Of a stretch of DNA of 39,166 nucleotides, positions 1-9,387 are shown one piece after another. Both the position numbers and the translations under genes were made by a program. The first letter of the stretch is position 1; every line of letters begins with the position of its first letter. Source of the DNA: an uncultured archaeon (GTDB taxonomy: Archaea > Asgardarchaeota > Lokiarchaeia > Sigyniarchaeales > SOKP01); contig CAZWEM010000046.1 in NCBI GenBank assembly GCA_964632315.1, forward strand, positions 1-39,166, in the 5' to 3' direction. The notes under the pieces are model-generated. The model was not told where the DNA came from. It worked only from the letters and a program-made list of their open reading frames with translations, and did not search any database.

Positions 1-897
1 GTGTTGAAACAGTTGAAAGAATGTCATGTAATTTTAAAAGGACCGACACTTACACCGCGCAAAGGAGATGGATGGCCCAATATTGAGAGTGCAAACGTTA
101 CAATGAGAAGGGAGCTAGATTTGTTTGCTAATGTCCGACCAGTAAAAGTACCGGAGCTAGGAATCGATTGGATGTTCTACAGGGAAAATACTGAAGGTGC
201 TTACGTTCTTGGATCGCAGGGAATTGATGTATCGGATGATTTAGCTATAGACTTCAAGGTAATCACCACCCAAGGGGCGGATAGAATCATTCGTTTAGCT
301 TTTGATTACGCAAAAAAGAACGATATTAATCGTGTATCTGTTGTAACCAAAGCGAACGTGGTCAAACGAACAGATGGCAAGTTCCTTTCAATGGCAGAGA
401 CGATAGCAAAAGAATACCCTGAAGTAGAATGGGATGATTGGTACATAGATATCATGACAGCCAAATTAGTAGATCCAGCCCGTCAAAAAGATTTTAAAGT
501 GATTGTTGCTCCAAACCTTTATGGAGATATTGTAACCGATGAAGCTGCTCAGATTCAAGGGGGAGTTGGAACTGCGGGTAGTGCCAACATTGGAAAGCGA
601 TATTCCATGTTTGAAGCAATCCATGGCACGGCACCTCGAATGGTAGAGACTGGGAGAGTTAAATATGCCGATCCGTCAAGCATCATAAAAGCTGCAGCCC
701 TACTAATTAATCACATAGGTTTTGTTAAAAAAGCGAAAAAGTTAGAAATGGCCCTCGATATTTGTTCGCAATTTGAGAGCAAATTAAAAATGACAGGACG
801 AGATACTGGAGCCACTGGGGATGATTATGCGAAATATATTATGGATACCATTCAAGATCCGAACCTTGAAGAAAAATGGAAAAGTTATCAGAAATAA
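1..897 (+). CDS. Isocitrate/isopropylmalate dehydrogenase family protein, probably 5'-truncated by the window edge
   Basis: Motifs LKGPTLTP, SANVTMRRELDLFANVRP, RENTEG, KANVVK, PNLYGDIVTDEAA, GSANIG, FEAIHGTAP. The N-terminal GDGIG strand is absent, consistent with truncation. Confidence 0.92.
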   Translation: MLKQLKECHVILKGPTLTPRKGDGWPNIESANVTMRRELDLFANVRPVKVPELGIDWMFYRENTEGAYVLGSQGIDVSDDLAIDFKVITTQGADRIIRLAFDYAKKNDINRVSVVTKANVVKRTDGKFLSMAETIAKEYPEVEWDDWYIDIMTAKLVDPARQKDFKVIVAPNLYGDIVTDEAAQIQGGVGTAGSANIGKRYSMFEAIHGTAPRMVETGRVKYADPSSIIKAAALLINHIGFVKKAKKLEMALDICSQFESKLKMTGRDTGATGDDYAKYIMDTIQDPNLEEKWKSYQK

Positions 898-917
898 CCT
901 TGAAATTCTTTAATTTA

Positions 918-945
918 ATTTTTTTATAGTTTTTTTCTTTTCTTT
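918..945 (+). terminator. T-rich archaeal-type terminator after the dehydrogenase
   Basis: Oligo-T tracts just downstream of the TAA at 895-897. Confidence 0.5.
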
Positions 946-1012
946 GTATTTCGAAAGCTTAATTATATGTTTAGATTTGGATAAAATAATCCTTAAATTC
1001 TGTTTATTCAAA

Positions 1013-1840
1013 TCAATCCATACGTGATAAGATTCCATGGATAAAGAACATCAAATTATTACCCACAAACCTGCCATGATTAAAATCATCCGCGTCAAAA
1101 CATTCTATATTCCAACCCATTTTGTTAAAGAAAGAGGATATTTCTTCTTTATTCAACCCCCACTTAAAATGACGAAAAAAAGGACCAAAATCTACCTCAG
1201 CACAAACTGGGTCACACACATCTACAAATATTTACCCTCTTTTTGTGCTCAAACTTGAAATTTGTTTAATCAGCAGCTTGAAGCTCTTATTCTCCATATA
1301 ATAAGCTAATCCTTCCAAGATCCAAAAAGAGGGAACATCCGATGAGAATCCAGACTCTATAAGTTGAGAAGACCAAATTGAATTAGAAAGATCTGTTGAA
1401 ACTCGTACTAATTGGCATAAAGGACGTTCATTCTCTAATATTTCTTCTTTATAATGAATAATTACAGGATAATCAATCTCATATACTATATGATTACCAA
1501 GTTCAAGTTGGTTAATCCTATATGCACGAGCATCTAAGCATGCCCCTACTATTACCACTTGGGAATTATTTTGTTTTTCACACCAAGGAATTAGAAGGTG
1601 GTTATCAATATAATAAGTTCGAATTAAGGGATAATTATTAATCATAAAACTTTCATCAGTTTTAAAATATGAAGTTAAATCCCCCGCTAAACGCTCAGCA
1701 AAAGGATCAGAAAATAAAGGAGTATCATTTTTGTTCTCTTGCGCTCGATAATACGCCATAAGACGAGCAGTAAACGTAATTTCCTCTTCTTTTAGATTAC
1801 TATAATCCATAATTATCAAGGGATTAATTTTTAATTTCAA
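1013..1840 (-). pseudogene. SAM-dependent methyltransferase (LCM/Rv0731c-like) interrupted by one in-frame TAA at 1232-1234
   Basis: Motifs TARLMAYYRA, LFSDPFAERLAG, QVVIVGACLDARAYR, VYEID, WILEGLAYYM. The minus strand reads AGA GGG TAA ATA TTT GTA GAT GTG TGT (RG*IFVDVC), running in frame into ORF 1013..1219. The true start may be the internal ATG (MDYSNLK). Confidence 0.8.
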
Positions 1841-1852
1841 TTTTATTTATGT

Positions 1853-2992
1853 TCATTGAATGCATGAATATTTTGTTTTAGATTCGCTTTTTTTCTTGAA
1901 AATATACAAAAGTAGTAAGGATCCTATGAACACATTACAACAAATGAATATTGGATTAATAGGGATTGCATTAGAATTTGTTTCCGCAGTAATAATCCGT
2001 ACTCCTCCCTCTTGAGTACCTAAATAGGCTTTATCATCTTCTACAGCGACTCTAATAGTTTTCCATTGATGCTCGTATGAACCAATCTTGAACGGATTTT
2101 CTGGATTAGTACAATTTATAATTTTAAGACCATAATCGTCATCCGCTAAAAACGCTATTTCATTATCAACAAGTGTTACATCATTTATAGATCCCCCATC
2201 GAAATAAGCGCCTAAAACGGAAACATTAGAGGGATCGGAAAAGTCCAATATTTTCAATCCATTTTCATAATCATTCAGATAAACGAAATCATGATAATGA
2301 GCCTTAGGAGCTCCACCAGCGTATCCTAAACCTGTATTTACAGTGCTTACGAAAGCAATATGTTTTGGATCACTAACATCTAATAACTTTAAATCAATAA
2401 CATTAGGAGGGGCATTATTATTAGGAGTGTATATCCCGACAAACGCATAATTGTTTAAGATGTAAACAGGACCTACTTGACCGATGCTATCAGTCCAGCT
2501 ACCTAGCATGGTTGGATTAGTTGCATTAGATACATCAACGATTTGCAAACCCTTTTCCTCAGCGCCAACAAATAATAAATCGCCTTTCAGTTGAATATAC
2601 CTAGAAGAAGTATAATTTTTATAGACCGAAAGCAAGTCTAAATGAGTGGGATCGGTAAAATTAAATATGTTTACTCCGTTCGAAGCAGTTACATAAATTA
2701 ATTTTCTTTCAAGATCAAGTTCAATATCGTGCACAAAAGAGAGCGGAAAAAAATCTTGTTCAATACAATTCCAGGGCTTCGATACGTCATAGACTGCCAG
2801 ACCTCGATCCATTTCCACGAGAAAAGCTAAATCATTATCGGTAAAGCGCATGCTAATTATATTAGTTCCAGATGCTATTGAACCAATCTCAGTATATGAA
2901 GAAGAATAAATGAACCCCAAAATAGATATGCTGTTAAAGATTAATGAATTAAATACCAGTAAGGTAATAATAATAGCAATTTTCTTTTTCAT
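1853..2992 (-). CDS. LVIVD-repeat beta-propeller surface protein with N-terminal signal/TM and C-terminal TM anchor
   Basis: Repeats GLAVYDVSKP, GLQIVDVSNATNP, LKLLDVSDP, GLKILDFSDPSN, GLKIINCTNPENP; hydrophobic N-terminus; IP-hydrophobic-KKK C-terminus. Confidence 0.88.
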   Translation of the reverse strand: MKKKIAIIITLLVFNSLIFNSISILGFIYSSSYTEIGSIASGTNIISMRFTDNDLAFLVEMDRGLAVYDVSKPWNCIEQDFFPLSFVHDIELDLERKLIYVTASNGVNIFNFTDPTHLDLLSVYKNYTSSRYIQLKGDLLFVGAEEKGLQIVDVSNATNPTMLGSWTDSIGQVGPVYILNNYAFVGIYTPNNNAPPNVIDLKLLDVSDPKHIAFVSTVNTGLGYAGGAPKAHYHDFVYLNDYENGLKILDFSDPSNVSVLGAYFDGGSINDVTLVDNEIAFLADDDYGLKIINCTNPENPFKIGSYEHQWKTIRVAVEDDKAYLGTQEGGVRIITAETNSNAIPINPIFICCNVFIGSLLLLYIFKKKSESKTKYSCIQ

Positions 2993-3089
2993 GACTAACC
3001 CCTCGTTATAAAAATAAACTATTCAAAGAGTAATATAAAACTAACTATTCAACCTAAAAAATAGTTTCAGAGTTAGAATTCTCAATTTT

Positions 3090-4385
3090 CTATTCTGTTT
3101 TATCATTTCTTCTTTTCGTTAGTCTGTCATGTATCCTTTCTATTGAAATCTCGGGAGGGCTCATTGTTAGTAGCTTTTGAGCGATTTTTGGATATTCTGC
3201 AATAAATATGAATTCTTCTTTGACTAATGGACGCTGTTTATGAACATTAGCATATCTTACGAGCTCGAGGATTTGTCTTGCTTCTTCCTCGTCTTTAAAA
3301 TTAATATCAAAATGGTTATAGTTATGAATGAAGGCTGATATTCCGGAATATTCTCCCGTTGTTATTTTTCTTCCCGTTTCTATCATTATCGTTTTACCTC
3401 TTCCTAATTCGTTATAATCATACAACTCATAATTTTTACGATCCTTAAGGGCTCCATCAGCGTGTATTCCAGATTCATGAGCAAACGCATTATCGCCAAC
3501 ACCAGGTTGATTAATTGGAATGGGAACTCCAAAAGCGTGTGAGGCATATGTTGCAACTTTCCAGGCTTTCGATAGATCAATTTGAGGATCAAGGCATCCT
3601 AATTCCTCGATTTCTGCCCCATGCTTTAATGCTAGGACAGTCGAAACTAAATCTGCGTTACCAGCTCGTTCACCCATTCCGTTAACAGTTGTATTGATAA
3701 ATGCATCTTGACCTTCTTCAAGCACTCCTTTGGCACCCATAATTGAGTTAGCAACTGCCATTCCTAGGTCGTTATGGCAGTGCAATTCGATAGGTAAATC
3801 AACTGCTCTCGTAAGATTTTTCAATCGGAAATGGATTCGAAAAGGTGTTTCATAGCCTAAAGTATCACAATATCGAATTCGATGAGCACCTGCTTTTTTA
3901 GCCGCTAATGAAAATTTGATTAAATCTTCCATTGGAGTTCGACTGGAATCTTCTGCATTTACACCAATCGTTTTCATGCCCAAATCTCTTGCTCTTTGAA
4001 CAGCATTTACCACATTCTGAATAATATCTTGACCATCATATTTCCCTTGAAATTTCCCTTGTATCATTTGGGGTGAAGTTGAGATTGATAAGTTCACGTG
4101 TTCTAATTGGGTTAATTCTAACGCTTTTTCCACATCCGATTCAATTGCACGCATCCACCCTGAAAGAATAATTGGTTTAAGGACCCCCATTCTAGCTAAC
4201 TCTAAATTTGCATTGATATAATTAGTTTCGTGGAGTGATGTAGGAAATCCTATTTCAGATTGATATATACCCATTCTATTTAATAAGATATTTAAAACGG
4301 TCTTTTCTAATTTTGCTAAACCTAAACGACTTGTTTGAACTCCATCTCTATTTGTTACGTCCAGTAGAAATATTTTATTATCCAT
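3090..4385 (-). CDS. Homocitrate synthase-like DRE-TIM enzyme, likely Re-citrate synthase
   Basis: DVTNRDGVQ, AEDSSR, YCDTLG, HCHNDLGMAVAN, GMGERAGNA, FAHESGIHADG; no LeuA regulatory domain. Confidence 0.85.
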   Translation of the reverse strand: MDNKIFLLDVTNRDGVQTSRLGLAKLEKTVLNILLNRMGIYQSEIGFPTSLHETNYINANLELARMGVLKPIILSGWMRAIESDVEKALELTQLEHVNLSISTSPQMIQGKFQGKYDGQDIIQNVVNAVQRARDLGMKTIGVNAEDSSRTPMEDLIKFSLAAKKAGAHRIRYCDTLGYETPFRIHFRLKNLTRAVDLPIELHCHNDLGMAVANSIMGAKGVLEEGQDAFINTTVNGMGERAGNADLVSTVLALKHGAEIEELGCLDPQIDLSKAWKVATYASHAFGVPIPINQPGVGDNAFAHESGIHADGALKDRKNYELYDYNELGRGKTIMIETGRKITTGEYSGISAFIHNYNHFDINFKDEEEARQILELVRYANVHKQRPLVKEEFIFIAEYPKIAQKLLTMSPPEISIERIHDRLTKRRNDKTE

Positions 4386-4694
4386 TCTCCAAAAATCAAC
4401 GAATTTAAAATTTATATACTATGATTTACAGATACTTAAAATATTTAATGAAATAGAAAAAAGATTGAATATTTTTTATGATTTCTTTGTAAAACTTGAA
4501 ATTGTATAGAAAAAAGGAAAAAAAGAGATTAAATTTAAAGATTTGTTTATATTAAAGTTCTGCTAAATTGTGCTGTAATGGGTGGATGTATACTAATGCT
4601 AGATCATTTTAGATAGATCCCATTAAGATTGAAGAAAGAATTCATACAGACACTTGGGAGAACGCCAATCCCTAATAATAATTTGAACATTTAG

Positions 4695-4722
4695 GAATGA
4701 AAGATTTCTCCAGTTTTCATTC
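4695..4722 (-). terminator. Hairpin just downstream of the MFS stop codon
   Basis: GAATGAAA (4695-4702) and TTTCATTC (4715-4722) form a perfect 8 bp inverted repeat. Confidence 0.4.
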
Positions 4723-4727
4723 AAGCT

Positions 4728-5921
4728 CTAAACTTTTTTTTCTTTCTCTTCAGGAGGTTTTATTTTTCGAAATGCGAAGTAGACCGCGACATCATAAAAA
4801 ATCTTAATGCTTCCCCCAAACACAAAGGGTAAGACAAAATTACCAATCTCGATTAAAGACGTAGCTAACGGGGGGCTGATCGAAGACGAAATCGTTCGAA
4901 CTGTGTTCGTGATAGCAGCGGTTGATGCTCTGTCTTCTGTCTTAATGATTGCATTCACATATGATTGCCTAGTTGGAACATCCATCTGGGAGATGGATTG
5001 TCTTAAAAATAGAAATATTACTGCAAATAACAATGTAGGAGCAAAAGGTACCAAAATTAAAAATACATTGGAAGGAATGTGCGTGATGACCATTGTTTTT
5101 AATAACCCGATTCGTTTCGCTAAAATGGGAGCAATAAAAATAGATACGGCAGTGATGATATCAGCAATGAAGAAAATGAGGGACAAGGAGATTAACTGCA
5201 CGTTAAATCTCAAAAAGAACCATGTTGTGAGTAATGTCTTGACAATAAAACCGCCTCCGTAGGCATCAATTGCAAATAAAGAAGATAACTTAAGAACGGT
5301 TTTTCGAGATTGAGGATGGAGGATAAATTTGTCAGATCTATTAAATATCTCATCGATGTTAGTGAAACTCAAGTAAATTACTAGTTGAATCAAACCGATG
5401 ATAGCATAAACATAAAATGCAAAACTCAAGGTGAGGGTTAGATTGGGTAAGTAATCGGGAAGTCCGCTGAATAATGATCCGAGTGACATGGATGCATAAC
5501 CAACAAAGTTGTAAATACTAAATGTGTGAGTTCTTTTCTCGTCATCTATTGTTGCTGAAATTATTGATTGCTCGATGCTTTGAAAAGGACCTGTTTCCGT
5601 CCCGTTGGCGCTTAATAATCCGATCAAAGCAGCAATTATGATCATGATAAAGTTCAAGTTCCATAAAAATAGCATTGCTGATATGATCATTAATGCTGAA
5701 AGAAAAACTAGAATAAAGCGCTGGCCTAACCGCTTGATGAATAAAGTTAAAAGAATATTAAAAGGAATATTTGATAAAATCATTAAGGATACAACGATCC
5801 CCACGATTGCTACATCATATCCTTGACCTAGTAAATAGAGGGGTAAGATGATACTCATTAAGGAACTTCCAAAAACACGAAGGAACTTAACTATCATTAT
5901 TTTCTGCAGAAGTAGATGCAT
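4728..5921 (-). CDS. MFS transporter
   Basis: About 12 hydrophobic segments; loops KRLGQR and LAKRIGLLKTMV; THIPSN and SQMDVPTRQSY motifs. Confidence 0.9.
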   Translation of the reverse strand: MHLLLQKIMIVKFLRVFGSSLMSIILPLYLLGQGYDVAIVGIVVSLMILSNIPFNILLTLFIKRLGQRFILVFLSALMIISAMLFLWNLNFIMIIIAALIGLLSANGTETGPFQSIEQSIISATIDDEKRTHTFSIYNFVGYASMSLGSLFSGLPDYLPNLTLTLSFAFYVYAIIGLIQLVIYLSFTNIDEIFNRSDKFILHPQSRKTVLKLSSLFAIDAYGGGFIVKTLLTTWFFLRFNVQLISLSLIFFIADIITAVSIFIAPILAKRIGLLKTMVITHIPSNVFLILVPFAPTLLFAVIFLFLRQSISQMDVPTRQSYVNAIIKTEDRASTAAITNTVRTISSSISPPLATSLIEIGNFVLPFVFGGSIKIFYDVAVYFAFRKIKPPEEKEKKV

Positions 5922-6190
5922 TCAACGGTCATCTCAATTGAGCAATTTTTGATACAATCAATTATTTGTTAATGTTAACATAGTAAATTACACTTCTCAC
6001 ATTAAATTATTGATTATAAAAAAATTATTAGTTCACATTATTTTATAATTTTCATGTTCTAAATATTGGATAATAAGATCATTAATAGGAAAGATTAAAA
6101 TTAGGAATTCAAGTTTTAATAATTGTGAAGATATTTTTTAAGTAAAAACAACGAAATTAATATTTAACATAAAATGCGGATGGAAATATC

Positions 6191-6523
6191 ATGACGTATG
6201 ATCCCGAAACTAAGAAAAAAATTGAAGAAATAGAAAAAAAATATGATGAAAAGGAAGCTAAAATTCAAGAAGAAATCTCAAGAGAATTTGATGTAGTTCT
6301 CGATGAGATTCATGAAAAATACGAAAAAGATTATCGAGATATGGGAGAAGTTAAGAGCGAACAAAGGAATTTAAAGGAAAGGATCTCTCAATTGAAAGAT
6401 ATTTTAAAAATATTTAAAAAAGAAATTTCAATTTTGACCAAGAATAAAAAGAAACTGTTAAAACAGAAACTAAAAGAATTAGAGAAAGAAAAAGAAGCAG
6501 AACTCGATAAGTTTAATGGATAG
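6191..6523 (+). CDS. Hypothetical Lys/Glu-rich coiled-coil protein
   Basis: 110 aa, ATG start, heptad-like charged helix pattern, coding-like composition. Confidence 0.7.
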   Translation: MTYDPETKKKIEEIEKKYDEKEAKIQEEISREFDVVLDEIHEKYEKDYRDMGEVKSEQRNLKERISQLKDILKIFKKEISILTKNKKKLLKQKLKELEKEKEAELDKFNG

Positions 6524-6639
6524 GACTTAATAACTACACAAAAAATAAAATTATTCTAACTAGATTATCTTAAATATCCTCTTAATCTTCAATCTTATTT
6601 TATTAGAACGTAATAAAGTTAAATCCTCCTTCAATCTTA

Positions 6640-6736
6640 CAAGCTTGAATTTAATAGTGGGTCATCATTCCCTAGAAAGAATTGATAAGCTTAATAATCT
6701 GTTCCAAATTATTAGTTAAAGATTTAAAGGTCATTT
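6640..6736 (+). repeat. Degenerate direct-repeat copy A of the arcE upstream region (copy B at 9278-9383)
   Basis: Manual alignment: 11 mismatches over the first 77 nt, then a ~10 nt indel, then a shared TAAAGATTTAA..GTCATT. Confidence 0.85.
6658..6672. promoter_or_regulatory. TGGG-N8-CCC box inside repeat copy A
   Basis: TGGGTCATCATTCCC. Confidence 0.5.
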
Positions 6737-7370
6737 ATAAGAAAAGAAAAAATTAGTATTGCGAATCTATACAATTAGATATCATTCCTAGTTCCTCAAA
6801 TGCGTAAGGATCTTTTAATAGATGATAAGCAAGTGAAGTTGAAGATTTTGAAGCTTCTTTTTGAAAATTTTTTCTTTTTTTGTTCAAGTCTCTCTCATAA
6901 TAATATAATTTGATCTACAGAATCCTGAAAATCCTTTCTTTTAGATATTATTCCAGATTATTAATCTAAGTAAAAAGTAGAGAAAGTATTAAAAGATGGG
7001 GATTTAAGGAGGCTAATCTTAAAAGAATTTCAACATTTAAATCTTAATTAAAAAAAAAATTTATCTCTGCTAATTTATTATGAATTAGAACAATTTAACG
7101 TTAAATATAAATATCATCATTACTTATCTTACTACAGATGCGAAAAAAAATTTCAGATATGTGAAATTTTTAAGTTTAAGATTTACTTCTTGATTTTTTT
7201 CTTTTATCATCCTTAATTGTTTCGACAATGAAAATAGACAAATACCATATACCTTATTGAGAGTAAATCTTTAAATTTAATGATAATATAAGATTTAATT
7301 TATTCGTGTTTCAATGAAAATTAATAAGACAGTGTATAGTAAATTTAAATAGAATAATAAAAAGAGAAGC

Positions 7371-7574
7371 ATGATAATTATAGAGAAAGATTTAAAAAAA
7401 TTTGTTGATTATAATAAAAAGAATGGACTTTTATATGACAACTTGTATATAAACGACATTAAATTTGTTATCAAAACAGCCTTCCAAGATTCAAGGAAAG
7501 AAGGGTCAATAAACAATATTAGAATTGCCAAATTTAATTTAACGGATACAATATATCTTGCTAATTATGATTAA
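7371..7574 (+). CDS. Small hypothetical ORF, possibly a gene fragment
   Basis: 67 aa with a purine-rich leader. A coding-like stretch (KNNLDKYNSLFNKSRDLDNIYDDTKPHIFNI*) continues in another frame to ~7695. Confidence 0.4.
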   Translation: MIIIEKDLKKFVDYNKKNGLLYDNLYINDIKFVIKTAFQDSRKEGSINNIRIAKFNLTDTIYLANYD

Positions 7575-7713
7575 AGAAGCTTGATTGAATAATTAAATCT
7601 AAAAATAATTTAGATAAGTATAATTCTTTGTTTAATAAAAGTAGGGATCTTGATAATATTTATGATGACACCAAACCACATATTTTTAATATTTAAAAAG
7701 AGGTATAAGATGA

Positions 7714-8616
7714 ATGAAAATACAAACAGAAAATTATTGTAATGTTTTGAGAAAATATCCTTTCTCATTATTTGAAATGGATGGATCATTGGAAATATGG
7801 CAGAAAATATATTCTCCTTACATAGATTCAATCGAAAGTAAAATTAATATCTCAAAAAATAATTCAATTAAGATATTTAGAAATCATAATTTTGCATTTG
7901 ATAATGAACTTCAGCAACGAATTGCTGATTTAATTATAAATGAAGTTGAGGATCAGAATTCTATTTCGAAAAGTTCAGGAAATTATTTTGAAAAACTAGA
8001 TGAAAAAATTAGAATTGAGGATCAATATTCTGAAGAAGTAGAAAAAAAAAACAGTAATCTAAAAATCACATTCGTTTTTACAAATAAGAAAATGCAACCA
8101 TTAAGATTAATTCAGATGCTTAAATTAACTGGTGAAGTAGAGAAGTTTACTCAATTACTGCATAAAAACGAGCTTAAACAACATTCTAAGATAGTCCCGC
8201 AAATTATCTTTATATCCCTATTTGGTTTCGAAGCCTCAGTAAGAGACTATCTAAGAGATAACCTTTATGGAAAATTAAATAGAAATATTTCAATTTTAGT
8301 TGTCCCACCTATCGATAATAAATTATGGAATAACTACTTTATAAAAGATCCAATGGAAGATAATGAAAAGCATAATTCGGGAATTAGTTTCGAAAGGTTT
8401 AATAATTTGAGAAAGAATGGAGCAGTAAATCAATTGCAAGTAAAAAGAATGGAGACTTACTATAAGGATTTAAAAGATACTAAACAGATCATAGAAGATA
8501 ATTTTCAAGAGTTAAATACTTGGGCAGATGTCTTGAGCATTAATGATTCTCCCACACTATTGAATTTAGAAAAATCAAGGAATAAAATTAAGGATGAACT
8601 AAAAATAAAAAATTAA
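7714..8616 (+). CDS. Hypothetical protein, possible divergent restriction-endonuclease-like fold
   Basis: 300 aa open frame in very AT-rich DNA with GAGGT upstream; segments RIADLII and IIFISLFGF. Confidence 0.7.
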   Translation: MKIQTENYCNVLRKYPFSLFEMDGSLEIWQKIYSPYIDSIESKINISKNNSIKIFRNHNFAFDNELQQRIADLIINEVEDQNSISKSSGNYFEKLDEKIRIEDQYSEEVEKKNSNLKITFVFTNKKMQPLRLIQMLKLTGEVEKFTQLLHKNELKQHSKIVPQIIFISLFGFEASVRDYLRDNLYGKLNRNISILVVPPIDNKLWNNYFIKDPMEDNEKHNSGISFERFNNLRKNGAVNQLQVKRMETYYKDLKDTKQIIEDNFQELNTWADVLSINDSPTLLNLEKSRNKIKDELKIKN

Positions 8617-8841
8617 AACAAGGGGAATGAAACTATTTAATTAGATTTTGTAATTCTTTAATCTCAGAAATTTCATTTATACTTAACTCTAACTCTTCTA
8701 TTGAATCTAAATTAGTATTGAGGTTGTCAATAACTGATATTTTATTATTTCTGAGGAATCTATTTATAATAGCCTCTTAGTCGAGTGAACATAAATTATT
8801 TTGTTGCCCATTTGGCAAGTTTCATGTAACATCGAATTGTC

Positions 8842-9186
8842 TTAGCCTGGTCTTGTAATGGCGTAAAAGTCATAATTGAATTCTTTAACTATTTCGTAAT
8901 GCTGCGAGAATTCGTCGTGTCTTGAAAGCACTTTTTGAGCTTTTGGAGGGACAACAGATTGCTCGTACTCCTCTCCTGCAAATTCTTTTACAGCACTCAA
9001 GTTATCAAATATCATCATGGTGATAAATTCAACTTCATCTTTCAACGAGCGCTTTAAAAGACTCATTTTCCGATACCCCTTTATGTGTCTATTTTTAATG
9101 TATGGAAATATTTCATTTAGAAGTAAATTTTCGTAGGTATCAGCGTTCTCATGCGTGGTCCAGCCATGCCAGATTCTTGCTATCAT
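8842..9186 (-). CDS. Antibiotic biosynthesis monooxygenase-like (dimeric alpha+beta barrel) protein
   Basis: MIARIWHGWT..ADTYE, EVEFIT, AVKEFAGEEYEQSVVPP, HYE. Start placed at the ATG of MIAR. Confidence 0.8.
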   Translation of the reverse strand: MIARIWHGWTTHENADTYENLLLNEIFPYIKNRHIKGYRKMSLLKRSLKDEVEFITMMIFDNLSAVKEFAGEEYEQSVVPPKAQKVLSRHDEFSQHYEIVKEFNYDFYAITRPG

Positions 9187-9277
9187 GCTTAAAACCAATT
9201 CAATAATTAAATTTTTATGAGACTAAATTTAAAATTTATAATTAAAAATATTATATCTCATTTTTCTTTTAATTTAC

Positions 9278-9383
9278 CAAGCTTAAGTTTAATAGTGGGT
9301 TATCATTCCCGTGAGAGAATTGATAATCTTAATAATTAGTCCCAAATTAATAGTGTTGATCAATTAAAGATTTAAGAGTCATT
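9278..9383 (+). repeat. Direct-repeat copy B, the promoter region of the arcE-like gene
   Basis: Aligns to 6640-6736 and ends just before the ATG at 9388. Confidence 0.85.
9296..9310. promoter_or_regulatory. TGGG-N8-CCC putative operator upstream of arcE-AOR
   Basis: TGGGTTATCATTCCC, ~78 nt before the start codon. Confidence 0.6.
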
Positions 9384-9387
9384 ATTT

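Noticed and set aside
4655-4672. TGGGAGAACGCCAATCCC as an operator copy
   Set aside because: The spacer is 11 nt rather than 8.
4807-5826. Plus-strand ORFs 4807..5262 and 5605..5826
   Set aside because: Antisense shadows of the hydrophobic MFS gene, with no motifs of their own.
6524-7370. CRISPR array, tRNA or IS element in the long AT-rich gap
   Set aside because: No regularly spaced repeats, cloverleaf, terminal inverted repeats or transposase fragments were seen by eye.
8804-8818. Inverted repeat TTGCC-N5-GGCAA
   Set aside because: A single 5 bp stem between convergent genes; compatible with chance.
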